Source of the DNA: Chiloscyllium plagiosum
Taxonomy: Eukaryota
NCBI RefSeq assembly: GCF_004010195.1
Contig: NC_057718.1
Coordinates: 26,425,682 to 26,475,709, forward strand
DNA length: 50,028 nucleotides
Direction: 5' to 3'
The position numbers were made by a program, and so were the translations under genes. This document shows positions 1 through 13,139 of the stretch, in pieces. Under the pieces are notes generated by a model. The model saw nothing but the letters and a program-made list of their open reading frames with translations. It was not told where the DNA came from and did no database searches. Each line of letters opens with the position of its first letter. Within the stretch, counting starts at the first letter, position 1.

Positions 1-495
1 AACTCCATTTTCAAGGAGCTATGAACCTGCACTCCAAGGTCTCTTTGTTCAGCAGCACTCCCTAGGACCTTACCATTAAGTGTTTAAGTCCTTCTAAGAT
101 TTGCTTTCCCAAAATGCAGCTCCTCACATTCATCTAAATTAAACTCCATCTGCCACTCCTCAGCCCATTGGTCCATCTGATCAAGATCCCGTTGTAATCT
201 GAGGTAACCTTCTTCCCAGTCCACTACACCTCCAGTTTTGGTGTCATCTGCAAACTTACTAACTTTATCTCTTATGCTCACATCCAAATCATTTATATAA
301 ATGATGAAAAGTAGTGGACCCAGCACTGATCCCTGTGGCACTCCACTGGTCACAGGCCTCCAGTCTGAAAAACAACCCTCCACCACCACCCTCTATCTTC
401 TACCTTTGAGCCAGTTCTGTATCCAAATGGCTAGTTCTCCCTGTATTCCATGAGATCTAACCTTGCTAACCAGTCTCCCATGGGGAACCTTGTTG
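1..495 (-). mobile_element. CR1 LINE fragment, reverse transcriptase region
   Basis: ORF 84-389 contains [26 protein letters not shown]. Confidence 0.9.
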
Positions 496-984
496 AGTCC
501 AATAAAACTCCCAATTAAGATTTACAAAACAAAATTTATTTTCAAAACCAGCAGCTTTCAGTTCTTTTCTGTATTCCTGTCTCCTTTTCTTCTTCTTTTG
601 GATTTTGCTTCACTGGTTACTAATTGATAAAGGTACCTTTAAGACAGCTATTCTCTCGACAGTTTGCAGATGCTGGCTTGGCAGTTCTCCTCCCAGCTGT
701 TCAATTTTCCACGGTCTTATAACCCTAAAGCATTGGATTGTGTCATTAGCTTTTAAGATTGTCAATGTACTAAATTCAAACTTGATTGGGATTTGACATT
801 TCGTGGTATAATTTAAACTGATTGGCAGAATTCAAATTTGTTTTTGTCTCATGGCAACTCAGCCAGTGCTATCTGTTCCAAACCAAATATAACTTTGTAA
901 ATTCTCCAGCACTTGGTGTGCTTGGCCAGTCCTTCACTCTCTTAAAGGTACAGTACACTTCTACACCTTCATAACAGTCAATGC

Positions 985-1529
985 ATTGAGTATAGATGTA
1001 GCTGTACAGCATATTAGTTAGGCCACTTTTGGAATACTCCATTAATTCTAGTCTCCCTGCTTTAGGGAAGATATTGTTAAACATGAAAGTGTTCAGAAAA
1101 GATTTATAAGGATGTTACCAGATTGGAGGTTTGAGCAATAGGGTGGATCTAATTTCCCTGGAGTGTCAGAGGCTGAGGGATGACCTTATAGTGGCTTATA
1201 AAATGATGAGGGACATGAATAGGGGGAAACAGCCAAGGTATTTTTCCGAGGGTAAGGCAGTCTAAAACTAGATGGCATAGGTTTAAAGTGAGAGGGGAAA
1301 GATTTAAAAGGGACCTTCGGGGCAGATTTTCATACAGAGGGTGGTACATGCATGGAATGGGCTACCAGAGGGAGTGGTGGAAGCTAGGCATATAGATGGG
1401 AAGAGTTTCGCGGGACATGGGCCAAACGCTGGCAAATGGGACTGGATTCATTAAGGATACTTAGTCGGCATGGACAATTTGGACTGGAAGGGTTTGTTTC
1501 CATGATGTACAATCTGTGACTCTATGACT
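985..1529 (+). mobile_element. CR1 LINE 3' end
   Basis: Decayed ORF2 C-terminus, 3' UTR and gactctatgact tail. Confidence 0.8.
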
Positions 1530-2235
1530 AAATGGCCTTACCAGCATGTCCCTTAATCCCTTCTCTCCAGAACTACATCAAATTTACTCTTCAATTCTTT
1601 TATATTGCCCATCTCAATGACTTTTCATCATCACATATTCCTCAACTCTTATTATCCAGATGATTCTTATGATTAATGTAACTCATTTGTTCTATTTGTA
1701 TGAATGTCTCAAAATAGTTTGATAGATAAGGTAAAAAAACAACCTCTGATTACAGTATATGTTTCACTAAAGGCCCAGTTAATATGTGTTGCACAGTATA
1801 ACAGAAAAATAAATCACCACTTGCTCAATCTAATAAATAAATCCAGTTTGTTACATAATTGCAAATGTAATAAGACAGTGTGCACCTAACAGCATTAAAA
1901 AAGATTTGAAGAAAATGCCATAAAATGCACCAAATTATTTGATCCACAGATCATGTACAATCTCATTCATTGGATCAACCTAATTGTTCTCTATATTACT
2001 TACCCTATCCAAAAGTAAATATTCACACTAGTCAGATTTGCAATAATCATCTTTAGCAAGTTGCCCTCCTTGCTTGACATTCATGATGTCAACAGTTAAG
2101 ATTTATTCAAATCTAAAATCTGTGGCCCATTCATTGCAATTTCACATTTTCTATTTTGTTTCTGAACTTAAAATCTAGCCCAATGATTTGTACAAAAGAA
2201 AAGAAATGTAAGTAAAGATTATTAGATCTGTCAGT

Positions 2236-2610
2236 GCACAGCGGCTCAGTGGTTCGGCACGGTGGCTCAGTGGTTCGACACGGCGGCTCAGTAGTTCGGC
2301 ACAGTGGCTCTGTGGTTAGCACTGCTACCTCACAGCACCAGGGTCCTAGGTTTGATTCCAGCCTCGGGCAACTTCTGGGTGGAGTTTGAACATTGTCCCA
2401 GTGTCTGTGTGGGATTCCTCCGGGTGCTCCGGTTTCCTCCCACAGTCCAAAGATGTGCAGGTCAGGTGAATTGGCCATGCTAAATTGCCCATAGTGTTAG
2501 GTGCATTAGTCAGAAGGAAATGTGTCTGGGTGAGTTACTCTTCGGAGGGTCGGTGTGGACTGGTTGGGCCAAAGGGCCTGTTTCCACACTGTAGGGAATC
2601 TAATCTAATC
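2236..2610 (+). mobile_element. HE1-like shark tRNA-derived SINE with a 4x 21-bp tandem head
   Basis: A-box tggctcagtgg, B-box-like ggtttgattcc, conserved body gtggagtttg...ccgggtgctccggtttcctcccacagtccaaagatgtgcagg, (aatct)n tail. Confidence 0.85.
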
Positions 2611-3943
2611 AACTTCTGCATTGTCCAGTGGACCTTTGCGTATCAGATTGCATTCCTCCTTTATATATAAATGTTAATGCCTGCAAGAAGAAATAATCTC
2701 TGCCTAGATTCAGGGCAAAGTTACTCCTTCCCAATCATATTCTACAATCAAGCACGACAGAAAGCTAGGAATGGAAATGATCAAAGAAACTTAAGTAAGC
2801 TACTCACCGCATGTACTACCATGTACTACTCAGACAGGATTTTGTAAGGTTGAGGCAAAATCATGTAATACTTTGCATTATGTTAAATAGTGTACATTTG
2901 TACATTGCTGTGTTGCCACTCACTAGGACTTAATAATATGTCAGGCAAGATTGATGAATCATTGCAGAATGTTCCATGTTTTGTGTTTGCCTGCCTACTG
3001 AAATGTTAACCAAATAGCTTTTCACTTTAATTGTGATTACAGCATTCAGGTGGCATTCCCCCATTCTCGTTCATCAGTCAAAGATAAATACTGTTAACTT
3101 GGCTATTCACTCTGGCAACTAAAAATATACATCCATTAAAGATCAATGAGCCATGCATAAAGGTTAGAAGAAAAGAAATTGGCTGAACCATTTACATTAC
3201 TTTTGTCTTTTACATGCAGTTGTCACTTAAGGATTTCATTATTTTACCTTGATGTGGCACAGCCTCTTCCATTTACCTTTGCTATTTATCTGCTTATCTA
3301 TCAATGTTGCATAAGTGTTACACAAAGCATCATTTAACTGCATATTCTCATCTTCTGTAAAATCTGAAAAATTTCCGTTGTTTCTCTATGAGAGCTGGGG
3401 ATCACATTGGGGGAGATTTATTAATGAATTGTAGCTAATTTTGCCCCTCTCCTGCATTTTCTTTCCATTAAAATTACAATAATGGTAGTAAGGGGTGCTG
3501 TGAAGAAAGCAAGAAAGATGTTTATACAGCAACAGCTTATACTTATACCTCCATTCAGTCTGTAAGCATACCCTCCCAGTTTTCAGTAACCCATCATTTT
3601 AGTTCTAAACGGTAGGATCTTTTGATTAGGCAGTCTTCCAAACTTAGTGTTGAGTTCAACAATTTCAGATCATAATCTCTTCCCATATTTTGATAATTTT
3701 TTAACATATTCTTTTCCCCCTCATTTTTGTCTGGCTCTTGATGTCAGCTTCCCACCATTCTCCTATTCAAACTTTCTTGAGACATATTTTTGCTTCTTGC
3801 CCCACTGCCACTCCCTGTGGGTTTGCAACCTCAATTCTTATATAAAGTTAATCTCTCCTGTTCATCAACCTATGTTTTTGTTACTTTTCTATTACTCTGC
3901 TTCACTTGCTTAGAACTTAAAATTTGCAACTTTTTTCCTAGAT

Positions 3944-4055
3944 TTGATGAAAAATCATCAACTGGAAATGTTAATTGTTTCTCTCTCCACAGACGCTCTT
4001 GATCCACTAAATATTACCAGTATTTTGTTTTCTTACATTTGATATCTGCAATACT
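3944..4055 (+). mobile_element. Old PLE terminal-repeat-derived remnant
   Basis: tgatgaa...gaaatgttaa...tctctccacagacgct, similar to the reversed copies at 7027 and 45584. Confidence 0.5.
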
Positions 4056-4629
4056 TTAGCCTGTTCTTTTAATTTATACCAGAACTTTATCAGGATAAAA
4101 TATCTGAGTAATTCATAGGATTGATGTCAAACACTACCACTTGGAAATTCCTCTTCAAGCCATAGACCATTCTGACTTGAAGTCTGACAATGTTGTAGCG
4201 CAAAAGGCAATCATAGCAATAGCATAGATATATGGCTGGAAGCTCATCTCAGCATTAAGTATGATACTAAGTTTGTAATCAGAGCAACTGAACCTCAAAC
4301 AGCTGCTAGGCTGAAGAATGGAGTAAGCAACTTGTAATGAGAAGTCTTATAATGTGACTGAGTGATATGGTAAAGGAGGTGATGGACACGAGGGAATTGT
4401 TGAGCCTAGTAAACGAAGGGAGCATGTGCAAGAGGTTGGCTGTTGCAACATAATGTGGAGGAAGTAGAAAAAAGGGTAATATACATTCCTTCAATGGGAA
4501 AACCTGAAAGACTATAAGCGAACAAATAGGCTACAAATGCAAAATTTATTACTTCAGTGGGTAGCCATTAAAAATAAGCGTTTGGAGTTATAAAATAATG
4601 CATGACTTCAAACGTATATGAGGGACACT

Positions 4630-4735
4630 CGGGCTCTTGTAGCACAATGATAGTGTCCCTACCTTTGAGCCCAGTTTCAAGTCCTATCTTTCTCAAAGAT
4701 ATGTCATCACATGTCTGATCAAGTTGATTAAAAAT
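4630..4735 (+). repeat. Short SINE-like interspersed repeat (second copy at ~24578-24670)
   Basis: Shared gtgtccctacct...caagtcc...acat(g/c)tctga.ca.gttga. Confidence 0.55.
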
Positions 4736-5679
4736 AACAACTAATGGAACAAAAGATAGACTGGATTTAAAGAACTGCAGCCTTTATGGAATTGGTAGGT
4801 GAGGTGATGAGAGTGGTGTGTATCGACATGTTCTTGCTAAGCTTGTATACAGGTGCCAGGCTGGCGTTATCATATGATAAATGCAACAAGGAACATATAA
4901 AGATTTAAACAGAATGTGCAATGAAAGACTGGTTGAGTTTTACAAGGCCCTCACTGGCATGTTTGCAGACAGGAGGGCATGCCGAATTATCCAAGGTGAC
5001 CTCACACCCTCTGTGATGTTGTTTAGAAGAGACCTCATCTTATTTGAGGAAAAAGAAGTCAAGGACATGGTGTGAAGCCTAAAAGGATTACCCTGCTCAA
5101 GCCTCAAGCTTCAAGCAGGAGAGGGGATAGAGAAGGAATGCTTAGCTCACTGGGATTGCCCACTCTCCCACAGAGACCTGCCCTTATCTGATGCTCCAAT
5201 CCAGGATAGCCAAGTCCACATGTGCCGCAGACTGACCTAGGGCTGCTTCCCACATGACCAATCGAAGGTAACTCAACTAAACAAAAGTCCAAACCCAGCT
5301 CATTCATCCTGGAGGTAAGTCTTAATGAAGTTCTGTCTGGCTCAACAGTGCAAAGGACTGTTAGGGTTTCCTCTTGATCTTCCTCCTGGTCAATGTCCTG
5401 AACCTCATCTTCACCCTTGGAGGATTGCTGTAGAAGTTCAATCTTTGATTTTATTCAAGACAGAGATTGACCTATTTTTGAGACTAATAACATTTAGACA
5501 TATGAAAACAGTGCAGAAAAGTGGCTTTGAGCTGAGTGGTTTGCCATGATCTAATCGAACACTGGGGCAGGCTGAATGACATGTTCCTGTTCCTAGGTTT
5601 CTAACGTTGTCCTTCCAATCGTTCTATTTTTCAGTACATAAGTCATTAACTATAGCTATAACTATGACATCTCCCTTAC

Positions 5680-7160
5680 CTTATGGAAAATTGACCAGGT
5701 TTGTCCTGTACACAAAAAAGCATGTCAAAACTAATCCAGCCAGTTCCTGCCTCACCTGTCCATTCTTGATCATTAGGTGTCAGTAACAGTCCTACCAAAC
5801 AATACTTGCTTAGCAACATCCTGCTCACTGACACCAGATTGGTTTCTGCCAGTGCCATTAAGCTCTTATCCTCTTTACACCTTGATTCACTCATGAAAAA
5901 AGACCTGATTTTTAGAAATGAGGTAAGACTGACCACCTTTGACATCAAGGTTACAATAACTGACTGTGTCAATGAGAAACCCTAACAAAACTGGAATTAA
6001 TGGAAATCAGGGGGAAACCTCTCCACTGGTTGGAGTCATACCTAGCACAAAAGAAGATGGTTGTGGTGGTTCGAGTTCAGCCATCTCTGTTCCAAGATAT
6101 CTCTGCAGGAGTTCCTCAGGGTAATGTCCTAGGCCCAACCATCTGCAGCTCCTTCATCAACGATCTGCCTCCATCATAAGGTCAGAGGTGGGGATGTTGA
6201 CAGATAATTGCACAATGTTTAGTTCTAATGGCAACTCCATGGATTCTGAAATAGTTCATATCCAAATGTTGTTAGACCTGGACAATTTTGACTTAGGCTG
6301 AAAAGTAGCAAGTAACATTTGAGCCACACAAATGCCGAACAGTGACCATCTCTAACAAGAAAGAAACTAACCACCATCCCCCGACATTCAATGGTATTAC
6401 CATCACTGAATATGGCACTAACAATATCCTGCGAGTTACCACTGACCAGAAACTGAACTGGACTACCCATATAAATAAAGTGGCTACAAGAGCAGTTCAG
6501 AAGCAAGGAATACTGCAGTGATTAACTCACCTTCTGATTCACCAAAGCCTATCCTCCATCTACAAGACACATAGCAGGTGAGTGAAGGAATACTCCCCAT
6601 TTGCCTAGATGAGTAACAAAGCACGATGCCACCCAGGATAGCAGCCCAAGTGATTGGTACCACATGCACAAACATCCACTCCCTCCACCACTCATGTTCA
6701 GTAGCAGCAGTGTGCATCATCTACAAGATTCACTGTAGAAATACACCAAGGCTCCTCAGACAGCAAACCCACTACCATCTAAAAGGACCAAGGTAGCAGA
6801 TACATGGGAGCACTGCCAACTGCAAGTTCCCCTCCAAGCTGCTCATCATCCTGACTTGGAAATATATTGCAGCTCCTTCAGTGGTGTTAGGTCAAAACTC
6901 TTGAATTCTCATCTGAATGACATTGTGGCTCAACATATAGCATACGGACTACAATTGTTCAAGAAGGCAGCTCACCACCACCTTCTCAATAGAAAGTAAG
7001 GATTGGCAATAATAATAGTTATTTAGCTGGAAGTCTGAAACAAAACGACAAATTGCTGGAGAAACTCAGCAGGTCTGGCCACATCTGCAGAGAGAAACCA
7101 TAGTTAACATTTCGAGTCCAAGGATCCAGCCAGTGATGCCCACATCCCAAGAAAGAGCAA
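5680..7160 (+). mobile_element. Decayed CR1/L2-clade LINE (RT through 3' end), interrupted near its end by a PLE-derived fragment
   Basis: ggagttcctcagggtaatgtcctaggcccaacc (GVPQG.VLGP), ttcatcaacgatctg (FINDL), many stops and frameshifts. Confidence 0.8.
7027..7125 (-). mobile_element. PLE terminal-repeat fragment (second subfamily)
   Basis: gctggagaaactcagcaggtctgg...gttaacatttcgagtcca, nested in a LINE 3' UTR. Confidence 0.6.
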
Positions 7161-8078
7161 AAAAAACTTTGCAATTTTACTTCCTAAAATATTCCAAAAG
7201 TAGGGAAAACTGGGATTGAGGGGGACTCCTATTGGGAACAAACACACTTGGAAAGAATCAAACACTTGAGTGAGGTGAACACTTGAATAGGTGAGACAGG
7301 CATCATATACCATTTAATTTCATTTCCAGATTAATTTGAAGGTGCCACAGTGTCATTACACAAAGGAGCTTCATTGAACTATAGTTCCCTAAGCCCTCCT
7401 TGGGGCTGCAGGGTGTGATTTGCCCTGGGCCGCTGCAATCCCTCGGGATAGCTCTGATTGCTGTTTTGTAATCTCTACCAGGTATTGATTATTCCTATTT
7501 TAATCTAGATAATCCCAAATATTACTAACCACCGAGTGGACAGAAAGAGCTCCCTGGTCATCCATCATAACCTCAACAGAAGCTGAAAATATACCTTAGA
7601 ATAACAATATAATTGGTCATTTATAACAGGTCTACTGCTTTTCTGCAAATCTTCCATTGAAAATGCATGAAAATGGGGAGAGTTGAGTATAAAGCACTCT
7701 GTATCTCCTGCTTTTAACAAGGAACACAGGGGAGATTTAATACCTATGTAATCCAAGAGTCATGTCTTTAAATTAAAGTTAAATTAAATAAAGATTCACT
7801 TAATGCAAAATTAACTTTTCTCAGGAACATTCCGATGTGAAAGTAAGCTCAAGGTTATAAATTTACTGGAATGTAAGGTTACTCAAAATTGTATTTAATA
7901 CATGGAAATTTCAAGGATAGACTCTTTCTGTGGAATAAGAACAGAAGAAAATCAGGAGTTGGATTCGTAACATGGTAGAATCTGTGGCCTTCTGGCAACA
8001 AATGATGAATAAAGCTTTGAAGAAAGTGTTATGGAACTGCTCTTATTATCACAATCAAGTGGAGTTGGTAGTTGCTGG

Positions 8079-8413
8079 AGAACATAGAACATAGAACATA
8101 GAAGAATACAGCGCAGTACAGGCCCTTGGGCCCTCGATGTTGCGCCGATCCAAGCCCACCTAAACTACACTAACCCACTATCCTCCATATACCTATCCAA
8201 TGCCCTCTTAAATGCCCATAAAGAGGGAGAGTCCACCACTGTTACTGGCAGGGCATTCCATGAACTAACGACTCGCTGAGTGAAGAACCTACCCCTAACA
8301 TCAGTCCTATATCTACCCCCCCTTAATTTAAAGCTATGCCCCCTTGTAATACCCGACTCAATACGCGGGAAAAGGTTCATACTGTCGACCCTATCTAACC
8401 CCCTAATCATCTT
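8079..8413 (-). mobile_element. Young 5'-truncated CR1 3' end
   Basis: (agaacat)n tail; ORF 8165-8410 has TRGHSFKL..FFTQRVV..WNALP. Confidence 0.9.
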
Positions 8414-9999
8414 GTTCAGCAGAGTTCAGCAGATAGTTGTTATTAATCTATAGTTCTCCAATGGAGCTAGTTGTACAATTTTAATATCAAGTACAATTTT
8501 CAAAATTGATAGATCTTTGATCATTTTCAGCTAACTGATTTGGATTAGGAAATTTGTAAGATAAACCTCACAAACTTGTAGTTAAACAGTTGCAAGACAA
8601 GTCCTCTCATGGCTCTTTTATATTTCTAGTTACCTCTTCACCTTACTGACCACCCCACCCATACTCATATAAAGGACCATTCAATAACTGTGACAGATGC
8701 AAAACGTTTATTCTCAACTTCATTGACAAGTTACATGAGATAACCCTACAGTGAGCCCCTCTGTGACCTTTTTTGTCCCCTCAGATGTGAGAATAATTAG
8801 TCTCTGCTGAGCACTTGACTTAACCACTTTCCAATAAGGAATTAGAGGTACAAGTCCTATCATTAACACAGTGCTTAACAGATTAGCATATTCAACCATA
8901 GCACACAGTTTATTTTGCTACAGATTGCATCAGAAATGCATATTTCACAGTAATAGATTTACCATCCATCATGTAAAAGCTTTTGCCTGACAATTCGTAG
9001 ATAAGGTTAAAAAAGCTTAACAATTTTAATTAAACATTTGAAGTGTAAACAAAGTGAAATGATCTTGAAATATTGCATTAAAGAACTCAAATGAGATTTT
9101 CAGCAGGCATGCTCTCTCATCAGTGATTCTTCTGTAAAATCAGTAATGATAAATTCTTTAGCACTGCAGCGTAAAGATTAATTGGGGCATCATGAGTGAA
9201 TCAGACATCAGAAGGAGGTTTCCTTCAAAAGGTGGTACCTGTTCCACTGGGGATTTTAAGATGTCGCTATATACAGCAAGTCATAAAATCCAGCTTTAAA
9301 GCCCACTGTTAAGGGGTGGGAGTGGGGCTATTTGACAAGTCCTATCAGGAAATTTTAGCTGCCCACTTTAAGGAAATGTTTCAATGTCGAGACAACAATT
9401 TTACATGGACCTCTATATTGTACCACCATTCATTGCTTTCCCTAGCAATACACTGCTAATTGTATGCTTTATCCCTATAAGTACTGCATTGACAAGAATT
9501 CTTCAGGCAAGATCTCTTGTTCAGACCCACCACTTACAATGATGACTTTCTATTAAGTCTTTTGCAATAATTAGGGCCCACTGTGTTTGTGTCTTCATCT
9601 TAACTCTGGGCATTTTGGTTACTCCTGTCAAATATTAAGCAGATGATCACTGAAAAAACCCTTTTTTGGCTATTTTTGGGACCCATGTAATCCCAGTCTT
9701 CCCTTTTAGCTCTGTTCTTTGATATTAGGAGTGAACCTCTTGGTTTTTCTCAGATCTGCCCCATGGCTTCAAAATCTCCCATGCATCTCAGTAACTAAAG
9801 CTCAACAGAGTATTCTGTTCAGAGTATACAAAGGTCCCAATACTGCCAAAGTTTGGTAACTTCAGGCAGGGCAGGACACCACTATACCAGGAAGTGATGG
9901 ACCAAAAAGCCCATCGGGTGACCATAATGCCTGACAGGCACTTGAACGGTCGGGATGTCTCACTGGAAGTGGCACGAGGTGCCCTACACATTGACCACT

Positions 10000-10321
10000 G
10001 GGCAGCATGGTGGCTCAGTGGTTAGCACTGCTGCCTCACAGCACCAGGGACCTAGGTTCAATTCCAGCCTCAGGTGACTGTCTGTGTGGAGTTTGCACAT
10101 TCTCCCCATTTTTCCTCCGGGTGCTCTGGTTTTCTCCTAAAATCCAAAGATGTGCTGGCCAGGTGAATTGGCCATGCTCAATTGCTCATAGTGTTAGGTT
10201 CTTTAGTTAGTGGTAAATATAGGGTAGGGGAATGGGTCTGGATGGGTTACTCTTCAGAAGGGCAGTGTGGACTTGTTGGGCCGAAGGGCCTGTTTCCATT
10301 CTGTAGAGAATCTAATCTAAT
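10000..10321 (+). mobile_element. HE1-like SINE
   Basis: A box tggctcagtgg, B box ggttcaattcc, same body and (aatct)n tail as the 2236 copy. Confidence 0.88.
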
Positions 10322-11329
10322 TATGAAGACAAATCGAAAACTCCTGACCAGTATCTTCTATTCTTCACTGGTGCTGGATCACAGTGTTGGAATTGGGCTC
10401 TCTAGTAGCACTGCGGGTGTGCTTACAGTGTGCTCAAGAACGAGGCTCATTTCTCCCTTCCCAAAGGCAATTAGGGATTTGCAATGACCTTACCTGTGAA
10501 ACACATCTGATAAACAAGTACATTTTAGAAATGTTTCTATACTTAGACTGTAGGCTACAATAATAAAAATGATGAAATTCCAAGGGGAGCAACGTGGAGT
10601 GATGTATTTTTAGGAGGAAGATTAAGGAGAGAAAGTATGCTAAAAACAGATTAAGTTCAACTTCAGCAGAGATATAAAATGTGCATTGTGATAGTTCATT
10701 AGACATCAGTTGTATAGAATGACTGATTTCTCTTAGCATTGGCTTCAGGGTAAAGTAAGTCCTCCAGAATGTAAAATGGGCATTTTTGTACCTTAGCCAA
10801 AGTTGAATTCCATGGATAGCAAGTGGCCCTGATATTCTATAGCAATTCTTCCTAAACCATGGATCACTATCCCAAGTCGGAGCACAAGGAAAGATTTTGG
10901 GATTTTGAGCTCCAAAGCTGCAATTGCTGCCTGGGAGCTTAGATTAAATGCAAACAATCGAAACTCCCTTCAAACCCTTCGGTTATGTTTTCTATTGGTG
11001 GGTATGGACTCATGGACAGCTCTTTGAGGTCTCATTCCAGCTGCATACAGACGCCTGTGAGAAAGTAGGCATTGATTCCCTGTAGATTATCCCGTTACCA
11101 ACATTGCTGAACTTCTTCCCTCGCCCCCATGTTCATAAACTAAAGCCTCATTGCTCCCATTTGCCAACAGCTGAAGCTTCATTCATCTGCATCCCAAACC
11201 CCTGGATAGGAAGCACAATGAGGATTAAAAAGGGGTCACAAACAGAAAATGTTTAGGGAGCACGGGCATCTGTATGATGGTCACACTTTGTGGCCCAGTA
11301 GACACAGTAGGGTCAGCCTAATGGAACAC

Positions 11330-11690
11330 AGTGGGCCATTTGGCCCATCAGGTCTGCTTCACCATTCAAGCAGGTCAAAGATGATTCTCTCTTCAATGAA
11401 ATCTTCCCCAGATGTCAGAAAGTATCCAAAAATCTATCAATTTCGGCCTCAATCTTTCACAGCCCTCTGAGGTAAAAATTTAACACTTTCTGAGTGAAAG
11501 AATTCATTCTCATCTCAGTCCAGTTGCTTCAATCTCTCATCAGAAAACAATCCCGTCAACCCAGAGATTAATCTGATGAGCGCCTATTGCCTTCACTCTG
11601 TAAGAAGTACATCCTCTGATAAGGATCAGTTAGATAAAGAGATCCACAGTGTAGTACTTGAGATGCAGTGTCACCAAGGCTGTAGCATAT
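11330..11690 (-). mobile_element. Old CR1 3' fragment
   Basis: Reversed 3' UTR and ORF2 C-terminal remnants (cagccctctgaggta...gagtgaaagaattcattctcatctcagtc). Confidence 0.55.
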
Positions 11691-13139
11691 CTTGACTCCC
11701 ACATTCCAGTACATTTGTAGCAATCCCACTATACTCTGAGTTCAATCTCCATTAAAATGATTCAATATTGAACTAACTAACCTCATGCATTGGTACCCCA
11801 AATGTTGTATTCTTCCTCTTTAATAGTTGTGCTATTTTCTGAGGTAAAGCTTCCCTTATTTCTTGCAGGTGAGAAACGAGCTCCACATTTATGTTTGTTG
11901 CAAGTTCTGATACTTTTATAATTTGAGACGCCATCCTAACTTATCTGTCTATACGCAATGGCAGGAGTTGTGAAAAACAAAGCTGAAGCAAATCTGATTG
12001 ATCTAATGAGAAATTCTAATTTGAAGTTCAGGTTCAGAGACTCATGGTTTGGGACCAAGAATTGTTGTGCTGACCTGTTCCAGCCTTGTCTAGAATTCAT
12101 GAAACGAATGCAGTGAGGCTCTTTGTGACAAATTCTTTTCATGAATATGCAGACAGGGTTCAACACTGTGCTGCTTCAAATACTGATGAGCCAATTAAAG
12201 CACATCCCAAAGATTCATTACCATTTACAACGTGAGAAAAAACCACAGTGGCATTACTCTTCCTGACAAATGAAATCTCGATATCTGCCACAATGAACCA
12301 TGAATGAGACTTACTTGTATTCATGGATAGCGAATGATTTAAAACCTGTATACTCCCAACACTCAGTTAATTAAATTTGCTGATGATGAAATGCTAAGAC
12401 AGGTCATTCGGAAAATGACTAATGATAAGGGATGAGAAGAACTAAATTGTATAATCAAATGGGCAGATTGGAATAGTATGGAGGAGAATATATTGAAGAT
12501 TCTTCTAAAAGGTGATAGTGACAAAGAAGTTGCTGCTAAATTTAAATTAATTGCATGTTGAAACAAGCATACAGAAGTGAGCAGGTGAAAAGATAAGTGC
12601 TCTCTGGGTGCTTTAATAGATTAAATGTTGGCATTGAAAATGCACGTGAAATTCCCACTGTGGAAAACTTGCCAAGTTGTACCTTATCATTTATTGCAAA
12701 TATAAGTTGCATTTCATTTTGTCAGAGGGAAACATAGGTGAGAAGGCAAGGACTATTATACAGAACATAACCCAGACTGAAATCTATGAAGATGAGATAC
12801 ATCAAGTACGAGCAGTTCGGTAACATCAATCTCTGACTTTGAAAGCCTAGAGATGTAGGAGAAAGGAAATGTTGAAACACAGTAGGATATTGCATAGTGC
12901 TAAGATCCTGAGAAACACATGGATAGACTAAGTGATGGTGCAATATGATATTTTAACAATTAGCATGGAAGGAGGAGACAGAAAGTCTACAATGACTCAC
13001 TTAGACTTTAGAGGAACAAAGAATGCCCAGTATCAGTAAATGTGACCTATAAACTGATCGTTATGAATACACAAACAGCTGGGGCTGAAGTCTCACAGAT
13101 GGTGATTAGGAAGTCAGCAGGGAGCCTAGTTTTGTGTCA

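Noticed and set aside
2236..2319. CRISPR-like short repeats
   Set aside because: Head-to-tail tandem units with no spacers, in a vertebrate SINE, with no cas genes.
9741..9995. Acceptor-like tttttctcAG followed by GC-richer sequence as a possible ALK exon
   Set aside because: All three frames hit stops or show no ALK similarity.
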